Shown: piece by piece, positions 37,663-47,660 of the stretch
Layout: every line of letters begins with the position of its first letter
Position numbering within the stretch: position 1 is the first letter of the stretch
DNA from: Patescibacteria group bacterium
GTDB taxonomy: Bacteria; Patescibacteriota; Microgenomatia; JAMCZE01
Assembly: GCA_023380635.1 (NCBI GenBank)
Contig: JAMCRP010000002.1
Location: 108,093-172,092 of the forward strand
Reading direction: 5' to 3'
DNA: 64,000 bases
Translations under genes and position numbers: made by a program
Notes under the pieces: generated by a model
The model's database searches: none
Seen by the model: only the letters and a program-made list of their open reading frames with translations
What the model was told of the DNA's origin: nothing

Positions 37663-37678
37663 GGAGGTGTTATGGTAA

Positions 37679-37864
37679 ATGGTAGTTGTCAAAGCACAAC
37701 CAGGACAATCATCGGATCAGGTAATTCGCGCGTTTCAGAAGAAGGTTCTCAATGAGAACATTCTTGACGAGCTTAAAAAACGGGAGTTTTATCAAAAGCC
37801 GGCGTTGGTGCGAAAAGCCAAAGCGATGGCGCGCAAACACCCAAACCGGAGACAAACCTATTAA
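37679..37864 (+). CDS. rpsU: 30S ribosomal protein S21
   Basis: VIRAFQKKVLNENILDELKKREFYQKPALVRKAKAMARK matches the S21 family; SD AAGGAGGTG about 9 nt upstream. Confidence 0.8.
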   Translation: MVVVKAQPGQSSDQVIRAFQKKVLNENILDELKKREFYQKPALVRKAKAMARKHPNRRQTY

Positions 37865-38298
37865 TGTTACTTGACCAGCTCCAATCCGAACTTAATACGG
37901 CCCTCAAAAATCGGGATCAGGTGAGGGTGGATACCCTGCGTTTTCTGCTAGGCGCGATCTTTAATTTTCAGATCGAAAAGGGCAAAGACTATGTGGCGAC
38001 AGACAATGATGTTCTCAATGTCATTTCTAAGCAAGTCAAAACCCACAAAGAATCTATCGAAATGTTCCAAAAAGCCGGAAGACAGGACTTAGTCGACCGG
38101 GAACAGTCAGAACTACAGATACTCCAAAGCTATTTACCGGCCCAGATGAGCGAAGAAGAAATAAAAAATAAGATAGAAAAGATAAGAAAGACTAATCCGG
38201 GAGCGGACTTCGGGACTTTAATGAAACTTTCTATGGCCGAGCTAAGAGGCAAGGCTGACGGAGCGGTAGTTGCCCAACTGCTTAGGAGTAATGGCTAA
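37864..38298 (+). CDS. yqeY: GatB/YqeY-domain protein
   Basis: MLLDQLQSELNTALKNRDQVRVDTLRFLLGAI is the YqeY N-terminal signature. The rpsU-yqeY pairing is conserved. Confidence 0.7.
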   Translation: MLLDQLQSELNTALKNRDQVRVDTLRFLLGAIFNFQIEKGKDYVATDNDVLNVISKQVKTHKESIEMFQKAGRQDLVDREQSELQILQSYLPAQMSEEEIKNKIEKIRKTNPGADFGTLMKLSMAELRGKADGAVVAQLLRSNG

Positions 38299-38647
38299 AG
38301 TTTTAATTCTGACGGATTCCCGGTATCCGGTTTCCAAACCGAAAATCCAAGCGGCGGTGGAATCCGTCCTCAAATCGAGAAAAATTAACACTAATGTTGA
38401 GGTCTCGATCCTGGTGTGCGGGCGGAGGAAAAGCCAGGAGCTGGCTCACAAGTATCTTCACGACGATAGACCGCATAATGTCTTGTCTTTTCCCCTGGAA
38501 AGTTTCCCGGTGCTGGGAGACATTGTGGTCTGTTACCCCATTGCTCAGGAGGAAGCCAACAGGGATAATGTGCTGGTAGATACCAAGGTTTGTGAGCTGA
38601 TCAGCCACGGCATGCTCCATCTTCTAGGAGAACACCATCCGGAGTAA
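38291..38647 (+). CDS. ybeY: rRNA maturation endoribonuclease YbeY
   Basis: HGMLHLLGEHH (HxxxHxxxxxH zinc motif). Confidence 0.75.
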   Translation: MAKVLILTDSRYPVSKPKIQAAVESVLKSRKINTNVEVSILVCGRRKSQELAHKYLHDDRPHNVLSFPLESFPVLGDIVVCYPIAQEEANRDNVLVDTKVCELISHGMLHLLGEHHPE

Positions 38648-38657
38648 AATACGCTAG

Positions 38658-40031
38658 ATGTTTTACCGAAAATACCGTCCTCAGGCTTGGGAAGAATTGG
38701 CGACTTCTAAAATTCGCGACACTTTGGGCAAAGCCATTCTTGAAAATAACTGGTCGCATGCTTATCTGCTCACCGGGAGTCGGGGAACAGGAAAAACTAC
38801 CACTGCCCGGCTGATTGCCAAGACTGTCAATTGTACCAATCGTAAGAAAGGCGAGGAGCCCTGCAATAAGTGTGATTCCTGTGTGGCCATAACGGAAGGG
38901 CGCAGTCTCGATGTCATCGAAATTGACGCGGCTTCCAACACCGGTGTAGACGATATTCGCGATCTTCGGGAGAAAGTGAAACTGGCGCCGGCTAGTTCTA
39001 AATATAAAGTCTACATTATTGACGAAGTTCATATGCTTTCGACTTCGGCCTTTAACGCTTTACTGAAGACTTTGGAAGAACCTCCGGCTCAGGTGATTTT
39101 TATCCTGGCGACAACAGATCCCCAGAAACTTCCGGAAACGATTGTGTCGCGCTGTTTGGTTTATGATTTCGGCCGGGCAAAGGAAGAGGAAATAAAAAAT
39201 CGGCTGACAAAAATTGCGGAGTTTGAAAAAATAGAAATCAAAGAAGAGGTTCTGACAGTAGTGGCGCAAAGAGCCAACGGGTCGCATCGTGACGCCCAGA
39301 AAATTCTTGAGCAGTTGATCTCCTCGGGTGCTAAAGCAGACTTGGAGCGTCTAGAAGCGCTAAACCTCACACAAAATGAAGATGTCGCCAGAAAACTTCT
39401 GAGGCTTTTGGCGCAACATAAACAAACCGAGGCGCTTAAGGAAATTGAAACTTTTGTGGCGGCCAACGGAAAATTTAAAGATTTAATTCTGGCGATGATC
39501 TCTCAACTTCGGGATATTCTTGTATTCGGAAAGAGGGAAGCAGGAATAAACGACACAAAAATATTAATTGAGAAGTTAATAGAGGCGAATTCTATGCTTC
39601 GGGATAGTCCGCTGCCTTCTTTGCCGCTGGAATTAGTGGTCGTGGAATGGTGCCGGGTTCCAGATGATAGCGGGAGACAGAAGGCAGAAAACAGATCCGA
39701 GGAAACAGAAAACAGAACCGGGGCAATTAAAGACACGGAACATAAAGAGAAAGAGAAAACCACGGACGATGGAAGCGGATATCAGTCAATAGTAGATAAA
39801 TGGGCGGAGATTGTCGCGGCGACAAAACCTTACAATCATAGTCTCAATGCTTTTCTGAAAGCGGCCAACCCCCAGGAAATAAGTAACGGCTTTCTCGTTA
39901 TTGGTGTGGCCTACAAATTCCACAAAGAAAAATTGGAAGAACCCAAAAACAGGGACGTTTTGGAACAGGTTATCTCTGATATAATAGAAAAAGAAATAAA
40001 GGTTAAGTTTAAACTTAACGAAAAGAAATGA
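38658..40031 (+). CDS. dnaX: DNA polymerase III subunit gamma/tau (short)
   Basis: LLTGSRGTGKTTTARLIAK Walker A, a CxxC...CxxC zinc module and the DEVHML Walker B. Contains an in-frame low-complexity repeat (ENRSEETENRTG). Confidence 0.85.
   Translation: MFYRKYRPQAWEELATSKIRDTLGKAILENNWSHAYLLTGSRGTGKTTTARLIAKTVNCTNRKKGEEPCNKCDSCVAITEGRSLDVIEIDAASNTGVDDIRDLREKVKLAPASSKYKVYIIDEVHMLSTSAFNALLKTLEEPPAQVIFILATTDPQKLPETIVSRCLVYDFGRAKEEEIKNRLTKIAEFEKIEIKEEVLTVVAQRANGSHRDAQKILEQLISSGAKADLERLEALNLTQNEDVARKLLRLLAQHKQTEALKEIETFVAANGKFKDLILAMISQLRDILVFGKREAGINDTKILIEKLIEANSMLRDSPLPSLPLELVVVEWCRVPDDSGRQKAENRSEETENRTGAIKDTEHKEKEKTTDDGSGYQSIVDKWAEIVAATKPYNHSLNAFLKAANPQEISNGFLVIGVAYKFHKEKLEEPKNRDVLEQVISDIIEKEIKVKFKLNEKK
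39655..39760. repeat. Low-complexity (cagaaaacaga / aaagagaaagagaaaac) repeats inside dnaX
   Basis: Read directly. Confidence 0.6.
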
Positions 40032-40042
40032 GGTGAAGGTTA

Positions 40043-40324
40043 ATGGGAATGTTTGACGGCTTAAAACAGCTCGGTGACCTGAATCAAATGCGCCAGCAGG
40101 CGCAAAAAATCCAGCAACAGCTGGCGGCTGAAAAGGTTGAAGTGACCAAACAGACAGCGAAAGGCCAGCTGAAAATTGTCCTGACCGGTGACCAAAAAGT
40201 TCTGGAAATTTCCTGGGACGGACAACGCGACTTCGAGCTGGAACAGGCTCTGGGCGAAGCACTTTATAAATCACAGATGATTGCGGCAAGCAAGTTACAG
40301 GATTTGACTGGAGGGGTGCAGTAA
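40043..40324 (+). CDS. ybaB: Nucleoid-associated protein YbaB/EbfC
   Basis: MGMFDGLKQLGDLNQMRQQAQKIQQQL and the dnaX-ybaB-recR synteny. Confidence 0.8.
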   Translation: MGMFDGLKQLGDLNQMRQQAQKIQQQLAAEKVEVTKQTAKGQLKIVLTGDQKVLEISWDGQRDFELEQALGEALYKSQMIAASKLQDLTGGVQ

Positions 40325-40325
40325 G

Positions 40326-40943
40326 GTGCCGTTTCCGAAACAAATTCGCGATTTGATTGAAGCGTTTGAAAGACTACCGGGGGTAGGGGAAAAAACCGCC
40401 CAACGGCTAACTTTCTATTTACTTCATGTTCCCGAGCCGGAAATTAACAAGCTTGGTAATGCTGTCTTAAATCTTAAAAAAGAGATCTTTATTTGTTCAA
40501 TCTGCAAGAATATCAGCGATAAACAAATCTGCGAAATATGTTCGGACCAGACCCGCGACCATAGTACTATCTGTGTCGTCGAGCAGCCTTTGGATGTTTT
40601 TAGCCTCGAAAGTACCGGCAAGTATCACGGGGTATATCATGTCCTGCACGGCGTGATTGATCCGCTCCATAACATTGGGCCGGAGGAACTGTATATCGAA
40701 GATATGATTGAGAGAGTCAGCGGGAAAGGAGATAAGGTAAAAGAAGTTATTCTGGCCCTGAACCCGACTATGGAAGGCGAAGCAACGGCCATGTACATTG
40801 CCAATAAAATTCGATCCGCCAAAAGGGCGGACGAATTTCGAATTTCCCGTTTGGGTATGGGGATGCCCACGGGTGGGGATATCCAGTACGCCGATGAGAC
40901 TACTCTCTCCCGTGCGCTTGAGGGGCGAAGGAATTACGAGTAG
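40326..40943 (+). CDS. recR: Recombination protein RecR
   Basis: HhH N-terminus (LIEAFERLPGVGEKTAQRL), a C4 zinc finger (CSICKNISDKQICEIC) and a Toprim domain. Confidence 0.85.
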   Translation: MPFPKQIRDLIEAFERLPGVGEKTAQRLTFYLLHVPEPEINKLGNAVLNLKKEIFICSICKNISDKQICEICSDQTRDHSTICVVEQPLDVFSLESTGKYHGVYHVLHGVIDPLHNIGPEELYIEDMIERVSGKGDKVKEVILALNPTMEGEATAMYIANKIRSAKRADEFRISRLGMGMPTGGDIQYADETTLSRALEGRRNYE

Positions 40944-40952
40944 AATAGCTCT

Positions 40953-41924
40953 ATGGGGAAGATAATTAAGCCCAAAGCTCTTTCCAAAGGAGATACTGTC
41001 GCGATTGTGGCCCCTTCCGAGCCGGTAACTAAAGCTAACCTTGAGAGCGCTGTCCGGTTTTTGGGAAATATGGGCTTTAAAGTCAAAACCGGAGGGAACA
41101 TTCTGAAAGCCATCGGCGATTATGTGGCCGGAACGCCGGTCGACCGGGCGGCAGATTTCAACTGGGCTTTTTCAGATCCAGAAGTTTGCGCCGTGCTTTT
41201 TGCCGTCGGCGGCATGGGCGCCTCGCAGATTCTGGACAAAATCGACTTCGATAACATTAAAAATAATCCCAAGATTTTCGTCGGCTATTCCGACGCGACG
41301 ACTTTGCAACTGGCGATTTTGGCGAAAACCGGGTTGTTAACTTTTCACGGTCCCAACGCGCTATCTTTGCCGGATTTCCGGACAACAGGCTACACCCTGT
41401 CCAATTTTTGGAAGATGCTTTCCTTACCCCAAAGCGAAGCTGGCACCACCGTTGTCGAGCCGCAATCAGTCTGGCAGGAAGTCCGGCCCGGCGCGGCGGA
41501 AGGGGTTTTATTTGGCGGCAATTTAAGTTGTGTCTGTAAGCTTTTGGGGACAGAGTGGGACCCGTTCGTGGGACTGGACCGGCAGTTCGGCCCGGAAACA
41601 AAATATCTTTTTTTCTGGGAAGAGGATTACGAGCAGTTTTCGGAGATTATGCGCAATCTCTGGCAGATCAGAAACACCGGTTTCTTTAAGAAAATTGCCG
41701 GGATGATTGTGGGCAAACTGACAGCGGTCGCGGAGGTAGACTACCAGAATTTTCCGACCAAAAAAGAATTAATCCGGGAGATTTCCGAACCCTTTGGGTT
41801 CCCGATTCTTTACGGCGTGGATTTTGGCCACGAAGTGCCCAGAACAACCATTCCGATCGGTGTTCAGGCAAAAATGGATACGGCGACAAAAAAGCTGGAA
41901 ATTCTGGAAGCGGCAGTGGTATAA
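40953..41924 (+). CDS. LD-carboxypeptidase (peptidase S66)
   Basis: GDTVAIVAPS N-terminus and GYSDATTL (the Ser nucleophile motif). Confidence 0.7.
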   Translation: MGKIIKPKALSKGDTVAIVAPSEPVTKANLESAVRFLGNMGFKVKTGGNILKAIGDYVAGTPVDRAADFNWAFSDPEVCAVLFAVGGMGASQILDKIDFDNIKNNPKIFVGYSDATTLQLAILAKTGLLTFHGPNALSLPDFRTTGYTLSNFWKMLSLPQSEAGTTVVEPQSVWQEVRPGAAEGVLFGGNLSCVCKLLGTEWDPFVGLDRQFGPETKYLFFWEEDYEQFSEIMRNLWQIRNTGFFKKIAGMIVGKLTAVAEVDYQNFPTKKELIREISEPFGFPILYGVDFGHEVPRTTIPIGVQAKMDTATKKLEILEAAVV

Positions 41925-42028
41925 AATGGGTCCTGCCAGGCCTTGGTGGCTAGGTAATTTGTTCTCGCGCTCGGCCGCGATCCCGAGTACTCATTACATT
42001 CAGTAAATGTAACCGTTTCCTGATTCAG

Positions 42029-42529
42029 GTGCCCGGGCCGCTTACCCTCGCGCTGCGAAAAATTACCCACGCCGCCATAAGTTATAATGAAATTATGGAT
42101 AATCCGTTACGGCAGGTTACTGATGAAATGGGAGAGCTGGGCAAAGACACGGCCAAAACTTTTGTCCGGGATGTGGTCAAAGGCGTCCCAAAATCGATAA
42201 AGACACAGGTAGTTGGACAGACAATAGATAACGGATCCGGGACAGCGGACAAGAAACAAGATACAAGAAACAAGAAAATGGATCCGGTGACGGGAAAACC
42301 AATCCCCACAAAAAAAGCCCTGACGCAATTGACCCAAGCAACGGCCCAATATCAAAAAACAAAACTGCAAAAACTGCGGGAAGAGTTCGACAAGATGAAA
42401 CTGCCGTCGGCTACGCCGGAGAAAAAGCAGGAAGAACTAATCGCCAAGAAAAAGTCCTTTGATGTCGTGGCTCAAACTCTCAAAAGTGCCGAATCAACCG
42501 GCGAGTTTGGAAGACAGGTGGGAGGATAA
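42029..42529 (+). CDS. Hypothetical protein (Lys/Gln-rich)
   Basis: ORF only; contains the AAGAAACAAGATACAAGAAACAAG motif in frame (KKQDTRNKKM). Confidence 0.4.
   Translation: MPGPLTLALRKITHAAISYNEIMDNPLRQVTDEMGELGKDTAKTFVRDVVKGVPKSIKTQVVGQTIDNGSGTADKKQDTRNKKMDPVTGKPIPTKKALTQLTQATAQYQKTKLQKLREEFDKMKLPSATPEKKQEELIAKKKSFDVVAQTLKSAESTGEFGRQVGG
42251..42277. repeat. Copy of the dispersed motif AAGAAACAAGATACAAG (other copies at 28842-28858 and 31932-31947; variant at 21449-21473)
   Basis: Exact 16-17-mer recurrence read directly at three loci: two inside CDS (folD codons ~16-21; ORF 42029) and one in the rpsB-tsf spacer. Confidence 0.85.
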
Positions 42530-42531
42530 TA

Positions 42532-43233
42532 ATGTTTTATTTGAATTACCGCTATGCTTATTTAATCGGTGATCTATTAATCTGTTTTCCTGTCTGGTTG
42601 CTGCTTTTTCTGCGCCGCAGGGATTTAGGAAAGGAGATCTTACTGGCGAGTGTAATTTGTGCTTTATTGGGTCCGATTTCCGAATTTTGGTATCTTCGTG
42701 ACTATTGGCATCCACAGACAATCACCGGAACCGGTTTTGGTATCGAAGACGTTTTGTTCGGTTTTTTTATTGGTGGGATCGGAGTGTCGTTATACGAAGA
42801 GGTATTTGGTGAGAGATTTGCCAAGAGGGCTGACCGAAAACATCACTGGACATGGCTATTATTGCCTTTTACGGGATTAGGTTTGCTTGTTTTGAACGGC
42901 CTGAACCTATATTTGGGGATAAATTCTATTTATGCTTCCAGTATAATGTTTTTTGTCCTGGCCTTAACTATGTTGTGGTTTCGCCGCGATCTGTGTATCG
43001 ACGCCTTTGTCAGCGGAATTCTTTTAACACTGTTTGGCTTTCTTGCTTATAGAGGGTTGCTGACGGTTTTTCCGGAGTTAATTTTCAGGTGGTGGAAACT
43101 GGAAAATATCAGTGGAGTATTATTATCTGGTATTCCGGCCGAAGAACTACTTTGGGCTTTTACTTTTGGTCTGGTTGCCGGGCCGGCATATGAATTCTTT
43201 GCGGGATTAAAGCTTAAAAACTTGAAGAAATGA
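42532..43233 (+). CDS. Membrane protein with tandem lycopene-cyclase-domain-like repeats
   Basis: Two PxEE-type motifs (FGIEDVLFGFF and GIPAEELLWAF) in a 7-TM protein, resembling the CrtYcd-type lycopene cyclase domain; function unknown. Confidence 0.4.
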   Translation: MFYLNYRYAYLIGDLLICFPVWLLLFLRRRDLGKEILLASVICALLGPISEFWYLRDYWHPQTITGTGFGIEDVLFGFFIGGIGVSLYEEVFGERFAKRADRKHHWTWLLLPFTGLGLLVLNGLNLYLGINSIYASSIMFFVLALTMLWFRRDLCIDAFVSGILLTLFGFLAYRGLLTVFPELIFRWWKLENISGVLLSGIPAEELLWAFTFGLVAGPAYEFFAGLKLKNLKK

Positions 43234-44540
43234 AAATATATAACACTTTGACCCGGAAAGTTGAGGAGTTGAAGCCGATCTCCGATCGGAAAATAAATAT
43301 GTTTGTTTGTGGGCCAACGGTTTATGACTATGCCCATATCGGCAACGCCCGAACCTACATTAATTTTGATTTTTTTGTTAAATATCTGCGTTTTCGCGGC
43401 TTCGATGTTTTCTATCTGCAAAACATTACCGATATCGACGACAAGATAATCGCCCGGTCAAAAGAGCGGATGATCAGCTGGGAGACTTTGGCCAAAGAGT
43501 ACGAAGAAAAATATTATGAAGACATGGCCGCGTTGGGAGTGACGGCGGTAGCCGAATACGCCCGGGCCACGGATTATATTCCCCAAATCGTCCGCCAGGT
43601 AAAAATTCTCCTGGAGAAGGGCTATGCCTACAAAACTTCCGACGGTGTTTATTATGACATCTTCAAATTTGCTGACTACGGTAAGCTGTCAGGTCGGACC
43701 GAAGCAGACCAAAATGCCGGGGTTTCCCGGATTGACGAAAGTTTGGATAAGAAAAATAAGAACGATTTTGCTCTCTGGAAATTTTCCAGACCAGACGAAC
43801 CGTCCTGGGAGACTGAACTTGGCCGGGGTCGGCCCGGATGGCATATTGAAGACACAGCCATTACCGAAGCCCATTTTGGGTCCCAGTATGACATCCATGG
43901 CGCGGCAGTGGATTTAATGTTTCCGCATCACGAGGCAGAAATTGCCCAGATGGAAGCGATTTCCGGCAAAAAACCGCTGGCAAAGTATTGGATGCACGCT
44001 GCTTTTTTGAATATGAACTCGCAAAAGATGAGTAAAAGCAAAGGAAACTTTACGACGGCTCGGGAAGCGACCCAAAAGTGGGGGGTTAGGCTCCTAAGGT
44101 TCTTTTTTATCAGCAGTCATTATCGGACAGTCCTGGACTATTCGGAGGCAAGTTTAGAACAGGCCAAAGGAGCCCTGGAAAGACTGGATGGATTTATTCT
44201 CAAGATTGATAAAACCAAAGAAGACGATATCAGTCAATTAAAAACAGAAGTCCTCGCGGCCCTGGACAATGATTTTGACACCCCCAAGGCATTAGCGGTG
44301 CTCTTTGATTACATCCGCGACAATCGCGACAAAGCCGGTAAAAATGCTTACGCCTTTTTGCAGGAATTAAACGCTGTTTTCGGTTTTCTGATCTTTGAAA
44401 AAGAAGTCCCGGAAGAAATCCAGAAGCTAATCAATAAGCGGGAGGCGCTTCGTAAAGAGAAAAAATACGCGGAAGCTGATAAACTGAGAGAGGAAATAGA
44501 AGCAAAGGGGTATAAAATAGAAGATAGAGCAATAAAATAA
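43230..44540 (+). CDS. cysS: Cysteine--tRNA ligase
   Basis: CGPTVYDYAHIGNARTY (HIGH) and KMSKSKGN (KMSKS). Confidence 0.9.
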   Translation: MKIYNTLTRKVEELKPISDRKINMFVCGPTVYDYAHIGNARTYINFDFFVKYLRFRGFDVFYLQNITDIDDKIIARSKERMISWETLAKEYEEKYYEDMAALGVTAVAEYARATDYIPQIVRQVKILLEKGYAYKTSDGVYYDIFKFADYGKLSGRTEADQNAGVSRIDESLDKKNKNDFALWKFSRPDEPSWETELGRGRPGWHIEDTAITEAHFGSQYDIHGAAVDLMFPHHEAEIAQMEAISGKKPLAKYWMHAAFLNMNSQKMSKSKGNFTTAREATQKWGVRLLRFFFISSHYRTVLDYSEASLEQAKGALERLDGFILKIDKTKEDDISQLKTEVLAALDNDFDTPKALAVLFDYIRDNRDKAGKNAYAFLQELNAVFGFLIFEKEVPEEIQKLINKREALRKEKKYAEADKLREEIEAKGYKIEDRAIK

Positions 44541-44545
44541 CACTT

Positions 44546-45259
44546 GTGTCGCTGCCCAGATATTTACAAATCATTTTAGGAATTGTTGGCTTCATTTTTA
44601 TCGGTAATCTCGTGCTGCTGGATTATTTCTTTGTTTCTCAGCGAGGCGATCTTTTAGATTTTCAGGCCCGGTTGAGCCAGCTTTCGGGCTCTTTTACCAA
44701 TCTCAGCGCCAGGATATACACCGCTCCGGCAGGCAACCCGGCGGAAGTAAAATCTCCGACTCCGGCGCCGGCACCGACAAACGAGGCTTGCCCGCAAACT
44801 TGTTTAACCGCGATTGACACTGCAGTCAAAACCGTCAATACTTCCCGGTCGGTGGTGACAACGACCACTACCGCCCCGGCAGCGCCAAGAGGGGAGTATT
44901 TTATTCCCTTAGGCTCCGGGTCGGTGAGCAATACTGACTACAGTAACACTAACTGGAAAACAATTGACGCCGCTCAGGCCACTTTTGATATTAGTAATTA
45001 CGGCAACGTTAAAGCGGTCTACTTTGAAGCTACACTGAGAAACGGGTCCATAGGCGAAGCCCACGCGCGGCTTTTTGACAGCACCACGCCGCTGGTCTTT
45101 TTCAATTCTGAAGTTTACGCTTCGACCTCAACTGCGACTTTTATTTCGACGCCGATATCTATTACCAGCCCGGGCCCAAAAACTTATAAAGTCCAGATGT
45201 ATTCCACTCTTTCCACCGGCTACCTCGACCAAGCCAGAATTCGGATTGTGACGCAATAG
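44546..45259 (+). CDS. Membrane-anchored hypothetical protein with a Pro/Thr-rich linker
   Basis: N-terminal TM, a SPTPAPAPT linker, and a beta-rich C-terminal domain. Confidence 0.4.
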   Translation: MSLPRYLQIILGIVGFIFIGNLVLLDYFFVSQRGDLLDFQARLSQLSGSFTNLSARIYTAPAGNPAEVKSPTPAPAPTNEACPQTCLTAIDTAVKTVNTSRSVVTTTTTAPAAPRGEYFIPLGSGSVSNTDYSNTNWKTIDAAQATFDISNYGNVKAVYFEATLRNGSIGEAHARLFDSTTPLVFFNSEVYASTSTATFISTPISITSPGPKTYKVQMYSTLSTGYLDQARIRIVTQ

Positions 45260-45305
45260 ATGTTTCCCGCTTTACGCCCTTCGTGAATGTCGGTACAATG
45301 GCGAT

Positions 45306-46208
45306 ATGGCGAGAAAGAATACTACCGGCCAACCTTTAAACAGTAACAAAGTGTGGGGATTTTTGGCTCTTTGCGGGGCGCTAACCACTATTATGTTGGC
45401 AATCAATTTTTGGTATAACCCAGCCAAAAAATTGCCGGAGTCAACGGTAAACGACTATTATCCGGCCGCAGTGTTTAAGATTCCCGAAGAAGTTTTGAAA
45501 GAACGAATCGCGACCCAATCTGCCCAGACAATGCGAATTCCCATTATAATGTACCACTACATCGAATATGTCGACAAAACCAAAGATCCGGGGAGATTTA
45601 ATTTGGCCACCGCGCCGGCAGTTTTGGGAAAAGAGGTTTCTTCATTAAAATCAGCTAATTACCATTTTCTTTTCGCCAGGGAAGTGCCGGATATCTTGGC
45701 GGCGAAACAGGCAATGCCGCAAAAGCCGGTAGTTTTGACTTTTGATGACGGTTATGAAGATTTTTATTACAATGCGCTGCCGATTCTCAAAAAATATAAC
45801 GCGAAAGGGACGATTTACATAATTGTCGATTTTATCGGCCGGCCGGGGTATCTTACCTTGAAGGAACTGGAAAAAATTCGGGATAGCGGGGTAGTAGAAA
45901 TCGGGGCGCATACTCTGCATCACGCCTATCTTAAAGGCCTAAATATTAATACTGCCAAGAGAGAGATTGTTGGCAGCAAGACGAAACTTGAAAGCCTATT
46001 GGGGATCGGAGTGCCGTCGCTGGCCTATCCTTACGGCGCGTTTTCTCAAGATACCATTAATATTACTAAAGCGGCCGGGTTCACCAATGCGGTGTCCGTC
46101 ATCCCCGGGGTGAATCAATCAATGGATAATGAGTATTATCTCTATCGCCTTCGCCCCGGCTACCTGGGTTACGCTAACCCGGCCAAAAGTTTGGATAATT
46201 ACAAATAA
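45306..46208 (+). CDS. Polysaccharide deacetylase (NodB / CE4 domain)
   Basis: VVLTFDDGYEDFYYNALPILKKYNAKGTIYI (TFDDG motif) and a His motif (HTLHH). Confidence 0.75.
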   Translation: MARKNTTGQPLNSNKVWGFLALCGALTTIMLAINFWYNPAKKLPESTVNDYYPAAVFKIPEEVLKERIATQSAQTMRIPIIMYHYIEYVDKTKDPGRFNLATAPAVLGKEVSSLKSANYHFLFAREVPDILAAKQAMPQKPVVLTFDDGYEDFYYNALPILKKYNAKGTIYIIVDFIGRPGYLTLKELEKIRDSGVVEIGAHTLHHAYLKGLNINTAKREIVGSKTKLESLLGIGVPSLAYPYGAFSQDTINITKAAGFTNAVSVIPGVNQSMDNEYYLYRLRPGYLGYANPAKSLDNYK

Positions 46209-47660
46209 CTAACTGTACCGCAGCTTGTATACCCTTAAATCGATTCCTGACGGAAAAACTTTGTCTTCGAGAAGTTTATAGTGGGTGTCCATGTAGTTTC
46301 TGATCCGGGATTCATAGCCCTGATCATAGGACAAAACAAGAAATAAACGGTTATAAATCTGGCTGTAGCTGGCCAATTGGGACTGCATGCTATTTACGGT
46401 AAACGGCGGGGTCGGACCGACAGCATATTGGTCCCAAAGGGGAATGGTGACAATCTTTGTGTGTCCTGTATAAGAGTATTCCAGCGGGTAAATTGTGAAC
46501 GGGGCAGAAACGGCAATAATGTCTTGGGGGGCAGCGTTTTGATCCAGAAAATTGCTGACTTGTTGATAATCCTCTTTAACCGGCGTGTTGACGGAAAAGT
46601 TTTGCACCAGAAGAAGGCCGACCATGATGACCAAAAGGATAGTCGTAAAAAGCCGGGATAAGCCGGCCGGAAAATTTTCCAAAGCCCACGCCAGAAGAAA
46701 AAATAAAGTAGGCAAAACGAAAATCAGATATCGGGCCAGAAAAATCGGGCGAATAAAAGAAAGCAGAAAGGTAAGAATGATCGGAAGGAAAGATAAAAGC
46801 ATAAAATAATCGATTTCCCGGGCGTGGTTAAGTTGGGGCCGGTTGGTGAAAACTAATAACATGAACAGAACGATAAGGGGCCAGAAAGAAACCAGAACCC
46901 CGGTAACCACCGGATTTTGAAAACCAAAAAGGAAACTGATCAGGGTTTCAAAAATATTAAAAGTTGTCGGTGTGGGGATGACCGGTTGAGTGGCGGCTGC
47001 CAGGCCGTTGATGAAGACATAAACGGCCCAAGGAAGAAAGCCAAAACCGGTTAGGAATAACAGTCCGAAAAATTTCAAAAATAAATTCCGATGCCGGATA
47101 ATGGCATAAAGAAACTGGGTTAACAGGACGAAAAAGAAAAAGTAATGGGTAAAAGTTCCGATAACTGCGGATAACACAAACCCTAGTTTTCCTGTTTGCC
47201 CCCGGGTTCTTAAAAATTGCAAATAATAAATATTGTTTATCGTAGTAACTAGAGTAAAAAGAGTGTAAGTTCTGGTTTCGTTGCTGTACCACAGAACAAA
47301 AGGCGAAAGGGCGAAAAGAGCGACTGTTAGAAAGGCGATTCGGGTGTTACTGGCTTCTTTAAACAAAATATAAATTGCGCCTAGGGTCAGCAGAAAAAAG
47401 ATCAGTGATAAGGTTCGGGTAGCGTCCAGGCTGGTACCAAAAACCTGGACCCAAAAATGCAGGAGAAGATTATAAAGCGGCGGGTTCACATCCTGAGACT
47501 GGAGATACAAAATGTCTCTGACGGATTTAGTTGAGACCCAAATAGATTGGGATTCATCCAGCCGGATTGACTGAGAATATAGGGAGAAGGAACTGATTAA
47601 CACGGAAAAAAGAACGATTAAAAGAAATCCTACCGGAACTGAAAAGATTCTCTTAAGCAT
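46209..47660 (-). CDS. Polytopic GT-C-type glycosyltransferase-like membrane protein (GT39/ArnT-like)
   Basis: About 12 TM helices in a PMT/ArnT-like arrangement. Start moved to MLKRIF to avoid the 145-nt overlap with the GT2 gene. Confidence 0.5.
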   Translation of the reverse strand: MLKRIFSVPVGFLLIVLFSVLISSFSLYSQSIRLDESQSIWVSTKSVRDILYLQSQDVNPPLYNLLLHFWVQVFGTSLDATRTLSLIFFLLTLGAIYILFKEASNTRIAFLTVALFALSPFVLWYSNETRTYTLFTLVTTINNIYYLQFLRTRGQTGKLGFVLSAVIGTFTHYFFFFVLLTQFLYAIIRHRNLFLKFFGLLFLTGFGFLPWAVYVFINGLAAATQPVIPTPTTFNIFETLISFLFGFQNPVVTGVLVSFWPLIVLFMLLVFTNRPQLNHAREIDYFMLLSFLPIILTFLLSFIRPIFLARYLIFVLPTLFFLLAWALENFPAGLSRLFTTILLVIMVGLLLVQNFSVNTPVKEDYQQVSNFLDQNAAPQDIIAVSAPFTIYPLEYSYTGHTKIVTIPLWDQYAVGPTPPFTVNSMQSQLASYSQIYNRLFLVLSYDQGYESRIRNYMDTHYKLLEDKVFPSGIDLRVYKLRYS

